Shown: positions 23,997 to 31,854 of the stretch, in pieces
How the letters are laid out: every line of letters starts with the position of its first letter
Numbering within the stretch: the first letter of the stretch is position 1
Assembly (NCBI GenBank): GCA_903839895.1
Contig: CAIMDW010000005.1
Coordinates: 1-33,103, forward strand
DNA length: 33,103 nt
Source of the DNA: Candidatus Staskawiczbacteria bacterium
GTDB lineage: Bacteria; Patescibacteriota; Minisyncoccia; Minisyncoccales; Staskawiczbacteraceae
Direction: 5' to 3'
The notes under the pieces: generated by a model
The model's database searches: none
What the model was told of the DNA's origin: nothing
What the model saw: only the letters and a program-made list of their open reading frames with translations
Made by a program: the position numbers and the translations under genes

Positions 23997-25652
23997 ATGC
24001 AACAAGAAACAAAAAATTGTCAGAATTGCAAAAAGGACTTTACCATCGAGCCCGACGATTTTGCGTTTTATGAAAAAATGAAAGTGCCAGCGCCGACGTG
24101 GTGTCCAGATTGCAGAATGATGAGGCGGATGATGTGGAGGAATGACCGAATGCTGTATAAAAGGAAGTGCGACGCTACGGGAGCTGACATTATATCCATA
24201 TTTGCTCCCGATGCTCCTTATAAAATTTATGAGGCTGAATACTGGAGAAGTGACGCTTGGGACCCGATGGATTATGGCCGCGACTATGATTTTTCAGCGC
24301 CTTTTTTTGTTCAATTCAATAAGCTTTTTACCGAAATTCCGCATCCAAATCTGGTCCAGAAAAATGTTGTAAACAGCGAATTTTCGTACGGCTTGAACCT
24401 AAAAAATTGTTATTGGGTTGGGGGTTCGGACGGCGCAGAGGACAGCGCTTATCTTTTTTCACCCATTTTGCAGGCACGAAACTGTTTTGATTTGCATTCT
24501 GCCGGAGATGTTGAGTATTGCTATGATTCTGTGGATATAGAAAAATCCAGCGGACTTCGTTTTTGCCAAAATTGCGTGGCGTGCAGTGATTCTTGGTTGC
24601 TTTACGACTGCCGTAATTGCACAAGCTGTTTTGGATGCGTGGGTTTGCGCAATAAAAATTTTCATATTTTTAATAAATCTTATTCCCGCGAAGAATACAT
24701 TAAAGAAATAGAAAAAATATCCCCAAGCACATTTGAAGGGATTTTACGCGCGAAAGAAAAATTTAACGAACTTAAATTAAAATTTCCTCACAAATTTGCC
24801 AATATACAAAAATCAGAGAACGTAACGGGAGACGACATATTAAATTCCAAGGATTGCAAATATTGCTTCAATGTGAAGAATGATACCCAAAACTGCAAAT
24901 ATGGATTTAGGATACTGGGCGCCAAAGACGGCCATGATGCGACAATCGCCTGGGGAGGCGCAGAGCAATTTTATGATTCTGAAAGTATTACAGCCAGCAG
25001 GGTTGTAGGTTCTTATGTGGCATGGGGAGGATTTGATATTTTTCATTCATATGACTGCTACGATTGCAATAATATTTTTGGGTGCGTAGGATTGCGAAAT
25101 AAATCTTATTGCGTTTTAAACAAGCAATATACAAAAAGAGAGTACGAAGAGTTGGTGCAAAAAATTATCGCGCACATGTACGAAATGCCATATGTCGATC
25201 CAAAAGGAAGCACGTATAAATACGGTGATTTTTTTCCGCCGGAGTTTTCTCCTTTTTCTTATAATGAAACCATCGCTCAAGATTATCTTCCCAAAACAAA
25301 AGAGGAGGTTTTGAAGGTGGGATTTAAATGGCGCGAGTCGGAAAATAAGCAATATAAAATTACAGAAGGAATTTATGAATGCGAACATAAAGGCAAATGT
25401 AATGATCATTGTGCTACTGCGTTTCGCATTGTGCCGCAAGAGCTGCAATTTTTAAAGAAAATGGGTTTACCACTACCTAGACTATGCCCCTTCTGCCGAC
25501 AGGCGGAGCGGATTCGTCTAAAAAATCCTCTTCATCTTTGGTATCGCCAGTGCATGAAGCCTGGGTGCCAAAACGAATTTGAAACCAGTTATTCTCTCGA
25601 CAGGCCAGAAATCGTGTATTGCGAAAGTTGTTATAATAATGAAGTGGCGTAG
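23997..25652 (+). CDS. cysteine-rich multi-zinc-ribbon protein, paralog 3
   Basis: 551 aa. CQNCKKDFTIEPDDFAFYEKMKVPAPTWCPDCR...; NCTSCFGCVGLRNKNFHIFNKSYSREEY and NIFGCVGLRNKSYCVLNKQYTKREY; C-terminal AFRIVPQELQFLKKMGLPLPRLCPFCR...CQNEFETSYSLDRPEIVYCESCYNNEVA. Confidence 0.85.
   Translation: MQQETKNCQNCKKDFTIEPDDFAFYEKMKVPAPTWCPDCRMMRRMMWRNDRMLYKRKCDATGADIISIFAPDAPYKIYEAEYWRSDAWDPMDYGRDYDFSAPFFVQFNKLFTEIPHPNLVQKNVVNSEFSYGLNLKNCYWVGGSDGAEDSAYLFSPILQARNCFDLHSAGDVEYCYDSVDIEKSSGLRFCQNCVACSDSWLLYDCRNCTSCFGCVGLRNKNFHIFNKSYSREEYIKEIEKISPSTFEGILRAKEKFNELKLKFPHKFANIQKSENVTGDDILNSKDCKYCFNVKNDTQNCKYGFRILGAKDGHDATIAWGGAEQFYDSESITASRVVGSYVAWGGFDIFHSYDCYDCNNIFGCVGLRNKSYCVLNKQYTKREYEELVQKIIAHMYEMPYVDPKGSTYKYGDFFPPEFSPFSYNETIAQDYLPKTKEEVLKVGFKWRESENKQYKITEGIYECEHKGKCNDHCATAFRIVPQELQFLKKMGLPLPRLCPFCRQAERIRLKNPLHLWYRQCMKPGCQNEFETSYSLDRPEIVYCESCYNNEVA
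24038..24070 (+). repeat. 33-nt exact DNA repeat, copy B (partner at 18678-18710)
   Basis: Same 33-mer as copy A. The flanks stay highly similar for roughly another 25 nt (aaagtgccagc.ccgac). Confidence 0.9.
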
Positions 25653-25681
25653 TTGGTAAAAATATTCTATAATAATAAAAC

Positions 25682-26722
25682 ATGAAAACGCTAAAAGATC
25701 TCAGTGTTACAAATAAGCGAGTACTGGTAAGGTGTGATTTTAATGTGCCGATTGACGAGAAAGGGAATATTTTGGAAGATTTTAAAATCAGGCAAACTTT
25801 GCCGACCATAAAGTATTTAATAGAGCAGAAGGCTAAAATAATTTTGATGAGCCATTTGGGACAGCCCGATGGAAAAGTTTCTGAAGAATTAAAATTAGAT
25901 AAAGTTGCTGAAAAACTGGCGGAGCTTTTGAATGTTTTCATTGAAAAAGAGGATGATTGCATCGGCCCGGACGTGGAAGTGGAATCGAACAAATTAGAGC
26001 CCGGGAAAATTTTGATGCTGGAAAATTTAAGATTTTACAAGGAAGAGACAGAAGATAATTTGGAATTTGCCAAAAAGCTTTCTTATCTGGGAGATATTTA
26101 TGTGAATGACGCTTTTGGGGTGAGTCACAGGAAAAATGCTTCGGTTTCGGCAATTGCGCAATATTTGCCAAGTTGCGCAGGAATGCTTTTGGAAAAAGAA
26201 ATTGAAAATTTAAATAAGATTATGAAGAATCCCGAAAAGCCGATGGTAGCAATAATCGGCGGGACAAAAGTGGACACGAAAGCGCAATTCATAAACAGCA
26301 TGTGCAAGGTGGCCGATTTTGTGATAATCAGCGGACTGATTGTAAAAGAAGTTGCAGAAAAAAATATCAAGTTTGATTGTCCGGAAAAAATATTGGCTCC
26401 AGTCGGAGATTTGGCGGCATTGGATATCAGTGAAGAATCTGCAAAAATGTTTTCTGAAAAGATAATGCAGGCAAAAACAATTTTGTGGAACGGGCCGTTT
26501 GGGAAATTTGAAGATGAAAAATATGAGAAGGGAACTTTGGAAATTGCAAAAGCAATTATTGCTAGCAAAGCGTATTCGGTGATTGGAGGAGGCGAGACTG
26601 TTGAATTTTTGAACAGAAAAGGTATGATGGATGACTTCGGTTGGGTTTCAACTGGAGGAGGCGCAATGCTGGATTATTTGTCCGGCTTGCCGATGCCAGG
26701 TATAGAAGCGCTCGGAAAATAA
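25682..26722 (+). CDS. pgk: phosphoglycerate kinase (compact form)
   Basis: KRVLVRCDFNVP, MSHLGQPDG, LENLRFYKEE, VNDAFGVSHR, AIIGGTKVDTK, WNGPFGKFE, GGGETV, VSTGGGAMLDYL. Confidence 0.9.
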   Translation: MKTLKDLSVTNKRVLVRCDFNVPIDEKGNILEDFKIRQTLPTIKYLIEQKAKIILMSHLGQPDGKVSEELKLDKVAEKLAELLNVFIEKEDDCIGPDVEVESNKLEPGKILMLENLRFYKEETEDNLEFAKKLSYLGDIYVNDAFGVSHRKNASVSAIAQYLPSCAGMLLEKEIENLNKIMKNPEKPMVAIIGGTKVDTKAQFINSMCKVADFVIISGLIVKEVAEKNIKFDCPEKILAPVGDLAALDISEESAKMFSEKIMQAKTILWNGPFGKFEDEKYEKGTLEIAKAIIASKAYSVIGGGETVEFLNRKGMMDDFGWVSTGGGAMLDYLSGLPMPGIEALGK

Positions 26723-26723
26723 T

Positions 26724-27892
26724 ATGAAAATAAAAAACATACAATTGGCCGCAGAAAGGATTAAGAAAGCCGTGCAAAACAAAGAGCGGATTATTTTGTA
26801 TGGAGATTCCGATTTAGATGGAATTTCTTCGGTGGTAATTTTAGAAGAGGCGATTAAAAGCATCGGGGGGCAGATTGACTGCGCCTTTTTTCCTGACAGG
26901 GAAAAGGATGGCTACGGGATAAATTTGAAGGCTTTGGAAATGCTAAAAGACAAAGTTCCGCGCTTTTGGTGACATTGGACTTGGGCATTGGTAACATAAC
27001 AGAAGTGGATGTGGCAAATGAAATGGGTTTTGAAGTCATAATAATAGACCACCACGAACCTTTGGCCGGTTCTCCAGCGGCCTCCATAATTGTGGATCCA
27101 AAACAGGAAGACGACCCTTATCCTTTTAAAGGTTTGGCAGATGTCGGAGTCGCATACAATCTTTGTTTGGAAATCTTAGGCAAAGATATTTCAAAAAATT
27201 TAAACAACAGCTTTTTGGAGCTTGCCGCGCTGGGGACAATTTCGGACATGGTTCCGCAAGTGGAACAAAACCAGGAAATTATTGAATTGGGATTGAGGTC
27301 TTTTAAAAACACATTTCGCCCTGCTTTCAAGGCCTTTTTAGACATTTTGGGCGACGGAAAAGTTTTTGAAGGTTCTCTGCCAAAAATAATTTCTGCGCTG
27401 AATGCGGCCGAGTCTTTGGATTTCATAAACGAATCTTATTTGCTTTTGGTATGCCCGTCTTTTGAAAAGTGCAAGGAAATGGCGCAAAGGCTTTTGGACA
27501 AAAACAGGGCAAAGCAGGTACAGGTAAAAAATATAATTGCCGAAGTGGAAAGGAGGATTTCTCAAAAGCCCGACGAGCCGATAATTTTCGAGGGAGACCC
27601 TGCATGGAAGCTGACGCTGGCGGGTTCTGTTGCTTCTACGATTTGCAATAAATATGAAAAGCCCGCATTCATTTACAAAAAAATGGATAAAGAGTCATGC
27701 GGTTCTGTAAGAAATCCTAAGGGTACAAATTCTGTGGATGCAATGAAAGAATGCGACAGTTTTTTAATGACTTACGGAGGGCACGCGCAGGCTTCGGGAT
27801 TTCGCGTAAAAAATGAGCATTTGGAAAAATTTGAAGGGTGTTTGAATAAATTTTTTAAAAATAACTCCGGCGGCAATGCCGAAAAAAAATAA
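26724..27892 (+). pseudogene. RecJ-like DHH/DHHA1 phosphoesterase interrupted by a 1-nt frameshift near 26958-26972
   Basis: ORF 26724-26972 carries DHH motif I (LYGDSDLDG) and ends ...KDKVPRFW*. The shifted frame (open from 26930) continues ALLVTLDLGIG...IIIDHH...GGHAQASGF (motifs II-IV, DHHA1). Restoring one base near ccgcgc at 26958-26963 would give ...KDKVPALLVTLDLGIG... Confidence 0.6.
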
Positions 27893-28826
27893 AAAGTTAT
27901 TCTACGTTTTTATTTTAGCGGCGGCAGTCGTAGCTGTTTTAGTTTTTGGATTTTTTTTGAGCCTTCAGAATCAATCGGCGAATGTTTATATTTACCCTGA
28001 AAACCCAAAGCAAGGGGATACTATTTTCATAAAAATTAAGTCAAATGGGAGAATTTCAGGAAAATTCGGAAATGCTGATTTAGTTTTTTATAAAATGGGA
28101 AAATTGCCAGAATGGATTTCCTTTTTCGGCGTTGACGCCGACCTGAATCCTGGCGACTATAAAATTGAAATAAATTTTCCATTGGCGGGGAAGATGGAAA
28201 AGGATATAAAAGTTCTTCCGGCAGATTTTACAATTTCAAAGCCCGCAAAAACGCCAATTGTTTCTGAGAGCGGAATAACTCAAGAGAAAGCCATAAGAAA
28301 CATAACTCAAACGGACAACCCGGCCATAAGGCAATATTTGGGCAAATTTACAGATGCGCCATATTTTTCAAATTCTTTTTCTTATCCTTTGGCTTCAATG
28401 CGAACCAGCGGATTTTCTTTCGGTAGGTTTTTGGACTTTGGAAAATCGCTAGTCCAGCATTTCGGAGTGGATTTGAAAGCGCCTTCCAGGACAAAAATTT
28501 ATTCAATTAACGACGGAAAAGTTGTTGCCACTTTGAGCTTGGCGAATTATGGCAACACGGTAATTGTGGATCATGGCATGGATATTTTTTCGTTGTATTT
28601 GCATTTGGCTGAATTCAGCGTAAAAGAAGGAGATATGGTAAAACGCGGACAGATGGTCGGGTATTCCGGAGATACAGGATATGTGACGGCTCCTCATTTG
28701 CACTTTTCAGTTAGGGTGGGCAAGTCGCGCGTGGATCCTATAGCCTTCATAAAAACAAGCCAACAGATGGAGGATAATTTGACGATAGCGGGGCTTTTGA
28801 ATAGGACCATATTTATGCTAAAATAA
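27876..28826 (+). CDS. M23 (LytM-type) metallopeptidase with an N-terminal membrane anchor
   Basis: TM segment LFYVFILAAAVVAVLVFGFFL. M23 motifs HFGVDLKAP, VIVDHG, GDTGYVTAPHLHFSV. Overlaps the RecJ-like gene end by 17 nt. Confidence 0.85.
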   Translation: MPKKNKKLFYVFILAAAVVAVLVFGFFLSLQNQSANVYIYPENPKQGDTIFIKIKSNGRISGKFGNADLVFYKMGKLPEWISFFGVDADLNPGDYKIEINFPLAGKMEKDIKVLPADFTISKPAKTPIVSESGITQEKAIRNITQTDNPAIRQYLGKFTDAPYFSNSFSYPLASMRTSGFSFGRFLDFGKSLVQHFGVDLKAPSRTKIYSINDGKVVATLSLANYGNTVIVDHGMDIFSLYLHLAEFSVKEGDMVKRGQMVGYSGDTGYVTAPHLHFSVRVGKSRVDPIAFIKTSQQMEDNLTIAGLLNRTIFMLK

Positions 28827-28860
28827 TATAAAGGTCCAAGATATAATAATATATACTACT

Positions 28861-29046
28861 ATGGAAAACCAACAAGCTTGCGCATGCAAGCATCATAAAG
28901 TTGTGCCTATGTGCATAATGTTGATCGGCTTTGTATTTTTGCTGGGAGAAATGAATATTTTCACTTCCGGCTTTGTTAGCATTATTTGGCCTATTTTGCT
29001 TATAGTGATAGGCGCGACAAAAATGGCAAAGTGCAAGTGCTGCTAA
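28861..29046 (+). CDS. small two-helix membrane protein with terminal Cys clusters (LiaF-N/DUF5668-like)
   Basis: 61 aa: MENQQACACKHHK...two hydrophobic helices...KMAKCKCC. Followed by a strong terminator. Confidence 0.5.
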   Translation: MENQQACACKHHKVVPMCIMLIGFVFLLGEMNIFTSGFVSIIWPILLIVIGATKMAKCKCC

Positions 29047-29057
29047 ATTTTTGCAAA

Positions 29058-29090
29058 CAAAAAACAGGACTTAAAGTTCTGTTTTTTGTT
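29058..29090. terminator. bidirectional rho-independent terminator (serves the small membrane gene on + and rnpB on -)
   Basis: caaaaaacaggac (29058-29070) pairs with gttctgttttttg (29076-29088), with one G-U pair and a 5-nt loop. There are A-runs and T-runs on both sides. Confidence 0.7.
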
Positions 29091-29091
29091 G

Positions 29092-29445
29092 TTCTGGCAA
29101 GACTATAAGCCGAATTCTGTTTTATGCGATTATCTGTCTTGGCCAAAAATTGCTTTTTGGCTCTGGCGAACTACTTTTAACCCTTTTCACTGATGAAACA
29201 ATGATATAGGCTTTGTTCTTGCACCCAGTAAGGATTTAGCCGTTTCATTCTTGCATTGCTGCAAAACTATCCCGCGGGGGGATGCAAAATCTTTTCAAAT
29301 TTTGCCGTTTCTGTTCGCACCTCTGCTTTACAGCAGACGGCCGTTAGCCGCTAAATTTTTAGAGCTGCTTTCGCAGCAATTGGTGTTCGGACTTTCCTCC
29401 TCGCTCAGCTAAAGCTTTGCGGGGCAATCGCTCATCTTGCCAAAA
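29092..29445 (-). ncRNA. rnpB: RNase P RNA, bacterial type A
   Basis: The minus strand reads ...GAGCGAGGAGGAAAGUCCGAACACC... (the universally conserved GGAAAGUCCG region) and ...AGAUAAUCGCAUAAAACAGAAUUCGGCUUAUAG... (conserved ACAGAA-N-CGGCUUA region). 5' GGCAAGA and 3' UCUUGCC form helix P1. Length is about 354 nt, and no credible ORF covers the 490-nt gap. Confidence 0.88.
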
Positions 29446-29452
29446 CATTTTT

Positions 29453-29480
29453 ATTATAGCAAAAAATCAATTATTGTCAA
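29453..29480 (-). promoter_or_regulatory. near-consensus sigma-70-type promoter for rnpB
   Basis: Minus strand: TTGACA (29475-29480), 16-nt spacer, TATAAT (29453-29458). The predicted start is about 7-8 nt downstream and coincides with the P1 5' strand. Confidence 0.6.
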
Positions 29481-29538
29481 GGTATAGAAAAATGCGAAAA
29501 AAAATAGTAATATGAACCAATTAATTCATTAGCTCACT

Positions 29539-30210
29539 ATGAATCCACTTATAAAAGTCAACGGCTTAAATTATGAAAGGAAGGCAATAAAAACAAAACA
29601 GTTGGAGTTTGGCGAAGATTTGTATAAGGCAATTGAAACATATGTTCTGCCTGAAAAAAAGTCGGGAGACTGGCTGGCAATTTCTGAAAAAGTGGTTTCG
29701 GTCTGCCAGAACAATGTGCGTCATATCTCAACTGTTAAAGCAGGATTTTTGGCAAAAACAATTGTAAAATTCGTAAAAAAATATCCAGATGACATTGGTT
29801 TCTCGCGCGCAGAAAAAATGCAGGTGGCCGTGGAAACTTCAGGGCAGGCGCGAATGGTGGTTGCCATAATTTTGGGAGTGTTGGGAAAAATTGTGGGAAT
29901 CAAAGGAATTTTTTGGATGGTGGCCGGAAAACGCGTTTCAGAAATTGACGGATTCAATCCTGCAGCCATGTATCCTTATACTGAATACTGCGTTTTGCCT
30001 CCGAAAAATCCAGAACAGATTTGCCAGGAAATTGAAAAAAGGTTTGATTTGCCTGCTGTGGTAATAGATGGAAATAATATAAACATAAAAATAATTTCAA
30101 TGAGCCAGAAGGTTCCGGCCGATAAAAAATTGGCGAGATTGGTTTTGTTGGATAACCCGATGGGGCAGGATGATGAAATGACACCATTTATTTTAGTCAG
30201 AAGACAATGA
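29539..30210 (+). CDS. F420-0:gamma-glutamyl ligase (CofE)-like domain protein
   Basis: 223 aa. GDWLAISEKVVSVCQNN..., VSEIDGFNPAA...CVLPPKNPEQICQEIEKRF.LPAVVIDGN resemble the CofE-like fold pattern. The assignment is by motif memory only. Confidence 0.45.
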   Translation: MNPLIKVNGLNYERKAIKTKQLEFGEDLYKAIETYVLPEKKSGDWLAISEKVVSVCQNNVRHISTVKAGFLAKTIVKFVKKYPDDIGFSRAEKMQVAVETSGQARMVVAIILGVLGKIVGIKGIFWMVAGKRVSEIDGFNPAAMYPYTEYCVLPPKNPEQICQEIEKRFDLPAVVIDGNNINIKIISMSQKVPADKKLARLVLLDNPMGQDDEMTPFILVRRQ

Positions 30211-31853
30211 TAAGGAAGTTTTTAAATTCGCAGTCAAAGTCTATTAGCTCGGCTTCTTTGATTCTTGCAATCTCGTATTTTTGCAGTTCGCTTTTAGGCT
30301 TGGTGCGCGACCGTTTGCTGGCAGGAACTTTCGGAGCTGGTTCGGAACTCGATGTTTATTACGCGGCTTTTACTGTACCGGATTTTATTGCTTTGATTTT
30401 AATCTTTGGCGCAATTTCGGCTGCTGTAATTCCAATTTTCAGCGAAAGGATGCTTAAATCGAAAGACGACGCTTGGCAATATTTTTCCAGGCTTTTGAAT
30501 GTGTTTTTAGCTTTTTTGATTGTTGTCTGCGTGATTTTGATAATTTTCACGCCCGCCATAATTTCTTGGACTGCTCCCGGATTTTCGGGACATAAGAAAG
30601 ATTTGGCAATAATGCTGATGCGCATTATGTTTTTGAGCCCGATTATTCTGGGAACCTCAAATATGATTTCTGGAATTTTGCAGGTGTTCCACAGATTTTT
30701 TGTGACGGCTTTGGCTCCTTTGCTTTATAATTTGGGAATTATTATCGGCATAGTGTTTTTTGTGCCGAGGTTTGGAGTGCAGGGCTTGGCATGGGGCGTG
30801 GTGCTGGGCGGAGTTTTTCATATTTTAATACAACTGCCCGCGCTATTTTTTTCAGGATTCAAATATAAGTTGTCCTTTAATATAAAAGACCCGGGCGTTT
30901 TAAAAACAATGAAGATGATGCTTCCGCGGTCTTTGGGATTGGGAGCAAGCCAGTTAAACACTATTGCCATAACGGCAATTGCCTCCACTTTAATGGCAGG
31001 ATCTATTGCAGTTTTTAATTTGGCAAATAATTTGTCTTCCATAATGCTGAACGCCATTGCGGTTTCTGTGACAACAGCTGCTTTTCCTGCTATGTCTATG
31101 GCTTTTTTGCGGGAAGACGGGGAAGAATTTTTGAAAAAGTTTTCCGGCATATTTCGCCAGATAATTTTTTTGGTGGTTCCTTTGAGTTTGCTGATTTTAA
31201 TTTTAAGGGCGCAAATTGTAAGGGTAGTTTTGGGAGTCGGCAAATTTGATTGGGCTGACACCAAGCTCACAACTGCCTGCCTTGGGGTTTTGGCGCTGAA
31301 TTTAATTTGTCCCCAATTGATTTTATTTTTGTCGAAGACTTTTTATGCCGCGCATAACACAAAAATCCCTTCCATAATAAGCATTATTACAGTTGCCTTT
31401 AATATTGTTATGAGCTTGTTTTTAGTCTGGCTGATTAAAGTTTCGCCTTGGTTTTATACTTTTTTGCAGAATGTTTTACGGCTGGGCGGGGCTGAAAATG
31501 TGGGAGTGATAGGGCTTGTTTTGGCATACTCCCTTTCTGGAATTTTACAGACCGTTTTGCTGCTTTTTATGTTTTACAAAAAATTTCCGAAAGTGAAAAC
31601 CGGGGAGATTATAAATTCTTTGAACAAAATTTTAATTGCCTCTTTCGTAATGTGCATATTCACTTTTGTGACAAGGCAGCTGTTGGGAAATTTAATCAGC
31701 TTGCAGACTTTCTTGGGAATTTTCATACAGCTGGTACTTTCAGGCGGAGTCGGAGTTGCGGTTTACGCCGCTTTGGCGCACTACTTAAAATCTCCGGAGT
31801 TAAAAACTATTTCTAGTTCATTCTTAAAAAAGTTTTCAAATTCGTACAAATAA
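30207..31853 (+). CDS. murJ: lipid II flippase MurJ (MviN family)
   Basis: 548 aa, polytopic. SASLILAISYFCSSLLGLVRDRLLAGTFGAGSELDVYYAAFTVPDF is the MurJ N-terminal signature. 4-nt overlap (ATGA) with the preceding gene. Confidence 0.9.
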   Translation: MIRKFLNSQSKSISSASLILAISYFCSSLLGLVRDRLLAGTFGAGSELDVYYAAFTVPDFIALILIFGAISAAVIPIFSERMLKSKDDAWQYFSRLLNVFLAFLIVVCVILIIFTPAIISWTAPGFSGHKKDLAIMLMRIMFLSPIILGTSNMISGILQVFHRFFVTALAPLLYNLGIIIGIVFFVPRFGVQGLAWGVVLGGVFHILIQLPALFFSGFKYKLSFNIKDPGVLKTMKMMLPRSLGLGASQLNTIAITAIASTLMAGSIAVFNLANNLSSIMLNAIAVSVTTAAFPAMSMAFLREDGEEFLKKFSGIFRQIIFLVVPLSLLILILRAQIVRVVLGVGKFDWADTKLTTACLGVLALNLICPQLILFLSKTFYAAHNTKIPSIISIITVAFNIVMSLFLVWLIKVSPWFYTFLQNVLRLGGAENVGVIGLVLAYSLSGILQTVLLLFMFYKKFPKVKTGEIINSLNKILIASFVMCIFTFVTRQLLGNLISLQTFLGIFIQLVLSGGVGVAVYAALAHYLKSPELKTISSSFLKKFSNSYK

Positions 31854-31854
31854 A

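Noticed and set aside
23566-24012. 148-aa minus-strand ORF across the junction of Cys-rich paralogs 2 and 3
   Set aside because: It is antisense to conserved paralogous coding sequence and has no motifs. The same judgement applies to the minus-strand ORFs at 25116-25448, 25477-25992, 26125-26568, 30818-31270 and 32109-32672.
15068-25652. Calling the ATPase locus a conjugative element / T4SS / ICE
   Set aside because: I could recognise no relaxase, VirB4-type ATPase, VirB6/VirB8-like channel genes, integrase, or flanking direct repeats or tRNA. Only the coupling-protein-like ATPase fold is present, so a mobile-element call is unsupported.
25682-26722. PGK looks short (346 aa): possible truncation or pseudogene
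   Set aside because: Both N- and C-domain signature motifs are present and in order, with an intact stop. A compact protein is consistent with the reduced-genome style.
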